Shown here piece after piece: positions 53,326 through 64,000 of a stretch of 64,000 nt of DNA. Positions within the stretch are counted from its first letter, which is position 1; the number at the start of each line of letters is the position of its first letter. Both the position numbers and the translations under genes were made by a program. This stretch comes from Eledone cirrhosa (lineage: Eukaryota): the NCBI GenBank assembly GCA_964016885.1, contig OZ024753.1, positions 14,012,001 through 14,076,000 of the forward strand. Direction: 5' to 3'. Under the pieces are notes generated by a model that saw nothing but the letters and a program-made list of their open reading frames with translations, searched no databases and had not been told where the DNA came from.

Positions 53326-55394
53326 TTTAGTCTCTTAGTTACGCAGGAGTGTTCAGGGTTTTTTCCCTACAACACCAGAACAAGAACAAGAAGTCTAATT
53401 TTACATACTTCACCAATCTTCATATTAAAACTTTCACAGAATGATTCAACTGTTTTCTATGTTCTTTGCCGCTGCATCATATCATCATCACCATTTAACA
53501 TCCATGTTTCCACACTAGCATGGGTTAGACGAGTTGTCCCGCTCTGATACAATTCAGGTCAGGTGACCGTGTCTTGCTCATACAGAACTGTTTCTGGCTT
53601 GGTTTCTATGGATGGATACCTTTCCTAATTCCAACCACATTTACAGTGTGAACTTGGATACATTTTATCGTGTCACCAAGATGACCACCTTACAGTGTGG
53701 ACTGGCTGCTTTCTATCATGACACCAAGATGACCACCTTACCAATCTCTTTGATGACACTTCATGACTTGTAAATTGCTCTTGGAAGAGGTTTTGTTTGC
53801 ATATTTATTTTGGGATGACCTTTGCATGTTTGTTTCCTTCCTAATTCTCAAACATTAGAACATTTGTGGTTCTTTTTTGGTTTTATTTTACTGGTCTGTA
53901 AGTCTGGTCTGATCTGGTCTGGTACTGATTTTATCAATCTCTTTATTGAAATGCGCTAAGTTACAGGACATAAACACACACACACACACTCATACACATA
54001 CACACACACATAGATATACATATATCATCTTCATAATTATTACCGCCATCATCATCATCATTGTCATCGTTTAACATCTATTTTTCCATCCATGCATGCA
54101 TGGTTTAGATGGGTCATCACAGACCAAGTCAATACTCAAGTAGAGTTACTGTATTCCCACATGGTCCAGCTATCACACCTTCCTTACATATATGTTCTTG
54201 TTTTGGCATGATTTCTACAGCTGGATGTTCTTATCACCAACCACATTACAGAGTGTACTGGGTGCATTTTATTATGGCACTGGCATTGGGCAGATTTCTC
54301 AATCCCTTGACCCAACTGAAGAGTCTGCTCAACTCTTTATTTGGCATTATTTCTATAGATTGAATTGGCAGTATCGGTAGAGGGTTGGACGCCATGCTTT
54401 CTAGCATAGAGTTACATTCCTTTACGGTCTGAGTTCAAATCCCGTCGAGGTTAACTTTGCCTTTCATCCTTACGGGGTCGATAAAATAAAGTAGCAGTAA
54501 TACACTGGGGGTAATTGCTGACCTTATGCCAAGAAATAGAAACAATTATTACTATATATGGAGTTGTTTGAACTTCTTATAGAATGCTTTGTGACATTTG
54601 TTCTGATTTTTGGCATTCTGAGTTCAAATCTGGCCGAGGTCAACTTTGTCTTTCATCTTTTTTGGGGTTGATAAAAAGGTACCTCTTCAGTGTTGAGGGT
54701 TCTTCTTCTTCTCTATCTCTTTCTCACCTCCTCTCTCTATCACTTTCCCTCGTTCTCTGGAAGAAATTGGCTGTGTTCAGCCCTTAAAGGGGATGGGCTC
54801 TGCCAGGTTTAAAATTCCCAAGGGAGCAATATGACTCTATGGCATACCTTGCAACTCCACCAGGAGTTAAGGGTTCACACATACATTACTACTTCTACTG
54901 CAACCACTTTAAACTTTATGACAACCAATCTGTCTGTTTATATTAACTGAAACAATCTTAATACAACATAACATTTTAGCTTCTAATTAAATGATTAAAG
55001 GATTTTTACCTGTTATTTTATTATAGACTTTCAGGTTCTACAACTTAATTTTTTTCTTAAATTTGTTCTTTTTTACTTTTACTTCTCTCATTTTTTCTTT
55101 TGTCTTGTTTTATTAAATACACCTGCTACCTTGGACTCGCCTACATCTCCCAATTTACCAATTACCGCTTCTCTGCTGTTTACAAATGAATGAAGAGGTT
55201 GTTTAATGTCTGTTTGCATGAACTTTGGAGTACAAATAAATGAGCTGATAAAAACTGGGTATTGGAATAATCAGAGGTGTGCAATAGAGAAGAATGCTAG
55301 TACAAACATGTGATACATATAGAGGATTTGTTGAAAGAATGCATATATACATACATATATATATATGTAATTATTAATTTTTTAATATATATAA

Positions 55395-56312
55395 GGTTTC
55401 TCTCTAAAAATGAAAGCAGATTGTATGATGCCTGTATACGAACAGCAATGTTACATGGCAGTGAGACATGGGCATTGTGTGCAGAGGACCTGCGCAGACT
55501 GGAAAGGAACTAGGCATGCATGCTCCGTTGGATGTGTAATAGTAATATAAGCGAACGGCAAAACATAAATGAACTAAGTGAGAAATTAGGAATAAGAGGG
55601 ATCAGATGCTGTTTACTTGAGAGAAGACTACGTTGGTATGGTCGCGTGATGCGCATGAAAGACGACAGCTGTATAAAAAAGTGCAGGGCAATCAAAATTG
55701 ATGGAAGTTACGGAATAGGTAGATATATATCATCATCATCGTCATCATCATTTAATGTCTATCTTCCACGCTAGCATGGGTTAGATGGGAATTGTCCCAT
55801 TTGAGACAAGATTGATCAGGTGACCGTGTCTCACTCGTATAGGACTGTATCTGGCAGGTTTTCTACGGCTGGATGCCCTTCCTAACACCAACCACATTTA
55901 CAATGTGGACTGGGAACCTTTTTACCGCGTCTCCTACATAACCACTTTACAGCATGAACTAGGTGCTTTTTGTTGACACCTACATGACCTCTTTAGTGTG
56001 GACTGAATGTTCTGTGGTACCAACATAACTTTACAGAGAAAGGGTGGTGTGGGTGGAAGTGGGAGGATAGAGTAAGGGTAGTGAGTTGGGGTGTATATTT
56101 GGTTAAGAGGTGCCTACTGACTGTAGGTTTAACTTCGTACCTAAGGGAAGGTGGGTCTTAAGTATTACTTACTGCATAGCACCAAAGATCTTGATCCAGT
56201 AACATTGTCTTAGAGAGGTGTAAGTGTGCAAGGTCAGATTTTATCATGTCATCCCAGGTTTTTCTGGGCCTACCTACTCCGTAACTTCCATCAATTTTAA
56301 TCGCCCTGCACT
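55395..56312. mobile_element. RTE family B copy with inverted 3' half
   Basis: Plus-strand RT C-term at 55395-55722, then minus-strand 3' end at 55730-56312. Confidence 0.85.
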
Positions 56313-56411
56313 TATATATATATATATATATCTCAGGATCGATTCAGTTTGAAGCTGGTTAAACCGTTACTCAACAGAGTACTCGATACTTGGTGTAGTG
56401 GAGTATGGTTA

Positions 56412-56534
56412 TATTATAAAGAGTCAGGACCCCAAAGGCTGAGCTCTTGCTGCTTCAACAGCTAGTTCCAGAGTCTGGAACTAGCTGGTGAAACGGCAAG
56501 AGCTCAGCTGTCAGGGTCCTGACTCTTTATAATA
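56412..56534. repeat. Fold-back palindrome with hammerhead 3' half
   Basis: attataaagagtcaggaccc...gggtcctgactctttataat; right arm has GAAACggc-aagagctca-gctGTC. Confidence 0.8.
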
Positions 56535-56985
56535 TATCATCATCATCACCGTTTTACGTCCATTCTTCCACGCTAGCATGAGTTAGATGGGTTGTCCTGT
56601 TGTGAGCAATGCCACAGGTCAGGTGACCATGACTTGCTCATACAGAACTGATTTTGACTTGATTTCTGCACCTGGATTCCCTTCCTAACACCAATCTCAT
56701 TTACAGTGAGTACTGGGTGCTTTTTTACTGTGGCGCCTAGACGACCACTTTACAGTGGGAGGGGGTGGGGGTATACTGTCCATCTGCTTCAGCTTCAGCT
56801 TGTACCCATGGGAAGTCGTGTCTTCTGTATTACTGTGTAACACCAGAGGTCTCTGTCCTGTGTCATCGCCTTTGAGAAGTGCAATTGGGCAAGGTCAGCT
56901 TTTATCACCTTATCCCAGGTCTTCTTGGGTCTCCCCACTTTTAGTGCTCTGCATCTATTTAAGCAGCTATCTGTATATATATATA

Positions 56986-57040
<55 letters not shown>

Positions 57041-57356
57041 AGTATATGTTGGTTGTTTTCGGAGACCTCAGTATGCAGATTGGAGCACTTGATGAGTACG
57101 TAGGTTGGTTTGTTTACTCCGGAGTAATGTAAAACAATTAAGTCAAATATGTAAAATTTTGCTTCGTTTATTATAAATTATAGATATACTGCTATATATA
57201 TATTTCGGTGACAGTCATCATTGGCTGTGACCTCTTCAGGCAGTCCGAATTGGTGTGGGAAGGACAGGTACACATGTTGTTGAAGTGTGTTTTACTCCAT
57301 CAATCCATCAATATGTCCAGCTCCTGGTTGTGTTGTTTTTCCTCTGAGGAACTGGA

Positions 57357-57398
<42 letters not shown>

Positions 57399-57579
57399 GT
57401 CCTATGAGTTTGTTTCCTGACAAGTTCGAAACTCGAGATTTCATCCTTAATAGGATATCTCAAAACACGAACGAAACCCAAGGGTAGAGGCATAATCATG
57501 GTAAGAGTGTACGCATTTCTTCTAACTTTAATTCTATACCTAATTGTGTATGGTTGACAGTATATTTAGTCGATTTCTA

Positions 57580-58094
57580 CAGGGTCATATTTGTGTAATA
57601 ATATTGCCAGAATTAATAACAGAACACACTCACTGTTTGGTTGGTTTTCGCTTCTGTGTCTTTTATATCGGTTAATTTAATTTATTCGGTCCTCAATGTT
57701 GCCATTGACTGACCAACGGTCAAAAATACAGATACAATATAGACACAAACACATATATAGTCTATCAAAGTTCTTTCGTTGCACATCTGCAACATCGTCA
57801 GTGTTGCTATTATGTTTCCTCCCATTGCATTGTATGCTTACGCCATCTTTAGAGGAAACATAATAGCAACACTGATGATGTTGCAGATGTGCAACGAAAG
57901 AACTTTGATAGACTATATATATGTGTTTGTGTCTATAATGTATCTGTATTTTTGGCCGTTGGTCAGTCAATGGCAACATCGAGGACTAAATAAATTAAAT
58001 TAACCGATATAAAAGACACAGAAGCGAAAACCAACCAAACAGTGAGTGTGTTCTGTTATTAATTCTGGCAATATTATTACACAAATATGACCCT
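57580..58094. repeat. Large fold-back element, ~240-bp arms, each with a hammerhead core
   Basis: 57580-57821 is the reverse complement of 57852-58094; CTGAYGA-tgttgca gatg tgcaac-GAAA in each arm. Confidence 0.92.
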
Positions 58095-58235
58095 CCCCAA
58101 GTATAACAATATTTGTTTCGACACACGATTTCATATCAAAAACCTCGCAAAACTATTTATATATATATTTATATATACTCTTTTGTATATATATTTATAA
58201 ATACTCTTTTGTGTATATATATATATAAATATATA

Positions 58236-58394
58236 TAGGAAAAAGTATGACACCGACGGCAGAGCTGAAGCCGTCGAAACGGCTTGAGCTCTGCCGTCGG
58301 AGTCATACTTTTTCCTATTTCCCACTCTACTACCCTAAGTATTGAGTACTCTGGTGCGTTATGGTCCATCTGGTTCCTTACCACAATTCCTTTG

Positions 58395-58395
<1 letters not shown>
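58236..58395 (+). mobile_element. Fold-back Penelope-like fragment with hammerhead 3' half
   Basis: Palindrome 58236-58318 centred on cGAAA; GAAACggc..gccGTC. Confidence 0.7.
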
Positions 58396-58435
<40 letters not shown>

Positions 58436-58671
58436 CGTGTGCGTGTGTGTGGAAATAAGCAAATAGTACCATCAGCCACCAAAATCTGACCATAGATACA
58501 TCTAGAACAAATCCAAAGTAACCACTGTATGTCCTTATATGGAAATAATATATTCTGAAAACAAAACCAACAATAAACAAAACATCCAGTGGATAAAACC
58601 ATTAAATACCAACCTTGTAACTAATAAACTCGTTAAAACAAAGTTAATTACAAACTAAATGTCTATACCAG

Positions 58672-59150
58672 AACCAAGACATCCTCCATAATCCCTACCT
58701 CAGACCTCCCCCCTCCATAATCCCTACCTCAGACACCCTCCCCCTCCATAATCCCCCCCCCCCTAATCCCCAGCTCAGACCCACCCCTTAATACCTACCT
58801 CAGACCTATCTCTCTATAATCCCTACCTCAGACCTCCCCCCCTTAATCCCTAGCTCAGACCCCCCCCTAATCCTTACCTCAGACATCCCGTTCTATAATC
58901 CCTACCTCAAACCTCCAACCCCATAATCCCTACCTCAGACCTCCCCCATAATCCCTACCTCAGACCTCCCTCTCCATATTTCCTACCTCAGACCTCCCCC
59001 ATATTTCCTACCTCAGACATCATCCATATTTCTTGAGTCCAACCCCGTAAACCCAACCACCAACACGCTCTCAATATGAGCATGGAGGTGACTATAGTAG
59101 AACCAAGACATCATCCATAATTACTACCTCAGACATCCTCCATACTTCCT
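58672..59150. repeat. C-rich degenerate minisatellite (cataatccctacctcagacctccc)
   Basis: Repeated ~27-30-bp units; G-rich on the minus strand. Confidence 0.85.
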
Positions 59151-59411
59151 GACTCTGTAAACTCAACCACCAGTCCAGTTTGTTTAATAACTGGATGGTT
59201 GTTTATTTGTTTAAATAAATAAACAACCATTTAGTTATTAAACTAACCAACTGGAAATTTATAATGAGTTGAAGTGAAAACCAACAGATGTGTGTGCTTT
59301 TATTGGCAGCATGGCCCTCCCAAAGTCTAACAACATATATATATATATATAGTAATAATAATTGTAAAGACTAAAATCCAAAGAGGGTCCGATAAGGATT
59401 ATATATATATA

Positions 59412-59751
59412 TCATCATTTCATTTTACGTCCGCTTTTTCCCTGCTTGCAAGGGTGGGACGGGAACTGATTCTGGCTTGATTTCTACAGCTGGATGCCCT
59501 TCCTAACACCAACCTCATTTACAGTGAGTGCTGGGTGCTTTTTTGCCGTGGCACCTCCACGACCACTTTGCAGTGGAATGATATGGACCCTACCTCAGAC
59601 ACTATCATCTCATTTCTACAGCTGAGTAAACTGGAGCAATGTGAAATAAAGTGTCTTGCTCAAGGAAACAACACATCGCCCGGTCTGAGAATTGAACTCA
59701 CGACTTTTCGATTGCAAGGCCAATGCTCTAACCACTAAGCCATGTGCCTCC
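59412..59751 (-). mobile_element. SINE family B
   Basis: Full-length reverse copy with an 11-nt foreign patch. Confidence 0.9.
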
Positions 59752-59774
59752 ATATATATATATATATAAAATAT

Positions 59775-59968
59775 TTCAGAAGATCCCATTAAGGGTGAAA
59801 GCAATATCTAGGGTGGGTCAAATTCCCAAGATCCATGGAAGAGTTCTCTCCAGCGGTCTCTGTCCTTCATCATCGCAGCCATGTCCTGCATCTCCCAGAG
59901 ACCTGTGTCTGTCCTTAGAGCATCAATATATGTCAACCTTGGTCTCCCTCTTCTAGTCTGTCCGTGTA
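59775..59968 (-). pseudogene. RTE-like C-terminal fragment (third family)
   Basis: HGQTRRGRPRLTYIDALRTDTG..MKDRDRWRE. Confidence 0.7.
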
Positions 59969-59971
59969 GGG

Positions 59972-60250
59972 CAGTGATTCTCAACCAGTGTGTCGCGGCA
60001 CGCAGGTGTGCCACGAGATCTTCCTAAGTGTGCCGCAAAATTTTGAACGGCACACTAAGAAAATGCGATTACATACAACGGAAGAAGAAATGAGGGTGGG
60101 TCTGTCTCATATTCGACCAAACATTGACGAATAAAAGCCAGGCACAAATTTCTCACTAAAGAAGCCAGCTATCTGACTGATGAAATTCGAAACACTGCAA
60201 TAAAATAAGTTCATAGCTGTGTTTTTCTTTGTTTAGTTTGAGTCATTCTA
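59972..60250 (+). mobile_element. hAT (Charlie/SPIN-like) deletion derivative
   Basis: TIR cagtgattctcaacc; transposase C-terminal remnant EEEMRVGLSHIRPNID..QAQISH*. Confidence 0.7.
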
Positions 60251-60254
60251 TGTG

Positions 60255-61045
60255 TCTATGACTAGTCTGAGTCTACAGTTGTATACCGTCTATGACTAGT
60301 CTGAGTCTACAGTTGTATTCCGTCTATGACTTGTCTGTGTCTACAGTTGTATACCGTCTATGACTAGTCTGTGTCTACAGTTGTATGCCGTCTATGACTT
60401 GTCTGTGTCTACAGTTGTATACCGTCTATGACTTGTCTGTGTCTACTGTGGTATACCGTCTATGACTTGTCTGTGTCTACCGTGGTATGCCGTCTATGAC
60501 TTGTCTGTGTCTACAGTTGTATACCGTCTATGACTAGTCTGTGTCTACAGTTGTATACCGTCTATGACTTGTCTGTGTCTACAGTTGTATACCGTCTATG
60601 ACTTGTCTGTGTCTACAGTTGTATACCGTCTATGACTTGTCTGTGTCTACAGTTGTATACCGTCTATGACTTGTCTGTGTCTACTGTGGTATGCCGTCTA
60701 TGACTTGTCTGTGTCTACAGTTGTATACCATCTATGACTTGTCTGTGTCTACAGTTGTATACCGTCTATGACTTGTCTGTGTCTACAGTTGTATACCGTC
60801 TATGACTTGTCTGTGTCTACAGTTGTATGCCGTCTATGACTTGTCTGTGTCTACAGTTGTATACCGTCTATGACTTGTCTGTGTCTACAGTTGTATACCG
60901 GCTATGACTAGTCTATGTCTACAGTTGTATGCCGTCTATGACTTGTCTGTGTCTACAGTTGTATACCGTCTATGACTTGTCTGTGTCTACAGTTGTATAC
61001 CGGCTATGACTAGTCTATGTCTACAGTTGTATGCCGTCTATGACT
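60255..61045. repeat. 34-bp minisatellite, about 23 copies
   Basis: Unit tctatgacttgtctgtgtctacagttgtataccg. Confidence 0.95.
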
Positions 61046-61297
61046 CTCTGTATGGCTGCCAAAAGTAGAAACAATTATACTTTTTTATACGACTGTAAAT
61101 AACATGTTTATGTATGTATATATACGTATAAAGGAATGCTGTAATAAAATGTACAAATTAAACTGTCTCTTATTTATGATACTAACACTATTTTAAGTTA
61201 CCTTAAATAGCAACTACACAGCCATTTCTATTCTCCATATATTTCATCATTATATATATATACATATATACACATATATATATATATACACTATATA

Positions 61298-61525
61298 GGT
61301 TGTGAGTTCAATTCTCAGACTGGGTGATGTGTTGTTTCCTTGAGCAAGACACTTTATTTCACATTGCTCCAGTTTACTCAGCTGTAGAAACGAGATGAAG
61401 AGGTACCGGCCTGCCCACCCAGCCAGTGGGATAGCGTTATCTTATGGCTAAAACCTCATGATGTGTTGTGACCAGCAGCGCCGAATGGTTGCCCGACAAA
61501 CTGGTAAGAAAAAAAAAAAAAAAAA
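61298..61525 (+). mobile_element. SINE B head/core with an unrelated poly(A)-ended tail
   Basis: Matches SINE B up to 'gctgtagaaacgagatga', then a distinct ~105-nt tail and an A-run. Confidence 0.75.
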
Positions 61526-61764
61526 TATGTATATATATATATATAAATAAATGGAGAGAGGATAACCAAGCTATGCTTAAAACATAATTTTAATCCTACA
61601 TATGTTTCAATGTATACCGGTGGGCCATACCCTGATATACACGAGTTAGCTTGTCTGCTGGTCTACATATACTCGAGAATTTACATATTGTTATAAGATT
61701 CAAAATTAATGCATGCAAAAAAAAACTTTATATCATAGATTAACGTTATACCATATCAAATAAT

Positions 61765-61950
61765 TGTTTCTACTTTTGGCACAAGGCCAGCAAATACCCA
61801 GTGTATTACTGGTACTTTATTTTATCGACCTCGTAAGGATGAAAGGCAAAGTTAACCTCAGCGGGATTTGAACTGAGAATGGCAAGGGCCATAATTCTAT
61901 GCGTCAAAGCATGGCGTCCGACCCTCTACCGATACTGCCAATCCACCGCC
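61765..61950 (-). mobile_element. SINE family A with 14-bp TSD
   Basis: TSD ccatatcaaataat at 61751 and 61951. Confidence 0.9.
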
Positions 61951-63259
61951 CCATATCAAATAATGTAATGCAAAATATAAGTACATTTAAAAGCAACAGC
62001 AAAGCATAGCAGGAGTGGTGTTTAAAATAGTATATGAAAATTTAGTACTTCTGTGCATCCATACATTAACAGTCATTAAAATTACAAGATATTTTTTAGT
62101 TTTCAAATTGACAAGAAAAGTCTAATATTTAGTCAATCATGCAATGGGTGTATAAAAATATACAAAAAAAAAAAAAAATAACAAAAAGGATTGATAATTT
62201 CGTAATAATTCAAGTTTGAAATTAATTCTTAATAAGATTTTCACCAGTATATAAAAATAATAGTAAAACACTAGTATTGATCTTATTTATAGTATCATAA
62301 AATACATTGATATCAATAAACAAATATAGAAAGATAGATAATTAGACAATTATTTTGGGGTGACCTAACTCTTTAGGATATAAACTGGCTGTATCCGGCC
62401 AGAATTTTCTTGCCTCCTGTTCAAACCAGCTGTAACTGACCGCTCATACTTATGCTAAGGTATTGTTCTCAACATGAATAATATCAAAATCTCGTAGATT
62501 CCATATTATGTGAGATAAAGCATTTACCATGAAAATACAATGGTAAATATAGAGTAATGTAAAGAAGGGTTAAAGATTAATCTTTTTGTTACAAATATTT
62601 CTAATGAAAGACACTGTTTTCAGACAATTTAGAAAATCTCGAATAACTAACCTTCTCATACTGATGTTAAGGTATTGTTCTCAAAATAACTAATATCAAA
62701 ATCTCAAAGTCGATATTATGTGAGTTAATTATGGTAAAGCCTTTACTATGAAAATATAAAAGTAAATATAGAGTCATGTAAATGGTAAACGGTTGAATAG
62801 ATTTATATATTGGAATGTTCAGTGAAAGAGTATAAAAAATATACACGTCATTATAGTGTTATAATTGTTATTAATTTAAATTAGCGGAACTGAAGGTAGC
62901 TATTATAGGTAAATAATTAAATTACAAATTTATTCTGTATCTAGATATAAAGTGAAGATACATGTGTTGCCTTGAGTGTATGTGTGTGTGTGTGTGTGTT
63001 GAGTATGTATGTGTTTAGTATGTGTGTGTTGAATGTGTGTATGTATATGTATGTGTCTCGAGTGTGTCTTGAATGTCTGTCTTTGTATGTATCTGTGTCT
63101 TGTGTGTGTATGTATACGTGTCTCGTGTGTGTGTATGTATGTGTATCTTGTCTTGAGCGTGTGTGTGTCTCCTATCCCTTACCTTCATTCGTTCATTTAG
63201 CCCCTTATTCACTGACTCACTCAACCTCTCTCTTTCTCTCATCCCTCACAAATATTTAG

Positions 63260-63322
63260 CAAGATGCTTTTCAAGCTTGGAACTACGCAAGTCAGTTAAA
63301 GAAAACAGTTGCCCATTTACAG
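63260..63322 (+). CDS. Probable next exon of coiled-coil protein (QDAFQAWNYASQLKKTVAHLQ)
   Basis: Long polypyrimidine tract plus tag acceptor, donor cag|gttatt, 63 nt, phase 0 to 0, helical amphipathic peptide. Confidence 0.55.
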
Positions 63323-63816
63323 GTTATTAAATGCATTTTATTTATGTATATTTCTTTTCTAGCTTCACAGCGTGTGCATTTGTTTGTCATAACTAACTTA
63401 TTATTTTTATTATTATAGTGGTTGTCTTTCCTTTTTTTTTTTTTTGCATTTGCACAACAGCACAAAGGCAAGGGTGAAATAATTGACTGAATTTGTCTCC
63501 AGTACTTCCTTGGTACTTCTATATTTTACACTACCCCCTCTCTCCTGTCCCCCAGCAGAAGCTTGGTACTTCTATATTTTATATTACCCCCTCTCCTGTC
63601 CCCCAGCAGAAGCTTCAAAGTCAATACTGACACTTGTGATATCCAGGAATATAACAATGCTTTGAGTAACTTTATCCAGAATCATTATCTATCACAAGCA
63701 CTGCCAGCATCTTAATCAATATATTGAGCTTCACAGATCAGGGATTGATCAGAGGTAAATTAACACGCTTCACCTAGCAACCAAGTGCTAGAGAAACCTT
63801 ATAAAAGGGAGAAAAA

Positions 63817-63854
<38 letters not shown>

Positions 63855-63866
63855 GGCGGTATATAA

Positions 63867-64000
63867 GGTGGATTGGCAGTATCGGTAGAGGGTTGGATGC
63901 TATGCTTTGATGCGTAGAGTTACGGCCCTTGCCATTCTGAGTTCAAATCCCGCCGAGGTTAACTTTGCCTTTCATCCTTACGGGGTCGATAAAATAAAGT
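63867..64000 (+). mobile_element. SINE family A (runs off the window)
   Basis: A/B boxes and conserved central domain. Confidence 0.85.

Noticed and set aside
57340-57490. Hammerhead split by a TA tract (CTGAGGA ... GAAACccaaggGTA)
   Set aside because: Stem I register does not pair cleanly and stem II cannot be identified

Overview
Eukaryotic, AT-rich, repeat-saturated DNA. The SINE/RTE repertoire and (TA)n/(CA)n load suggest a cephalopod, probably Octopus (inference from repeat families, not proven). There is no intact prokaryote-style gene, and almost every ORF in the track is a microsatellite, minisatellite or TE artefact. Host content: four phase-compatible plus-strand exons of a coiled-coil protein (44877-44926, 47020-47170, 52191-52273, 63260-63322) and a weaker divergent minus-strand spliced small-ORF candidate (35346-35396, 28347-28393, 17714-17800). 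Mobile content: two RTE LINE families, three tRNA-derived SINE families, DD34D mariner, DD37D maT, hAT and piggyBac-type MITEs, non-autonomous Helitrons, and large minisatellites grown from TE sub-repeats. The most notable hidden signal is a dense set of type I hammerhead ribozyme motifs (CUGANGA...GAAA...UH) in short non-coding Penelope-like repeats. Many of these repeats are fold-back palindromes whose centre lies at or just upstream of the ribozyme core. Coordinates were read by eye, so repeat boundaries may be off by a few bases.
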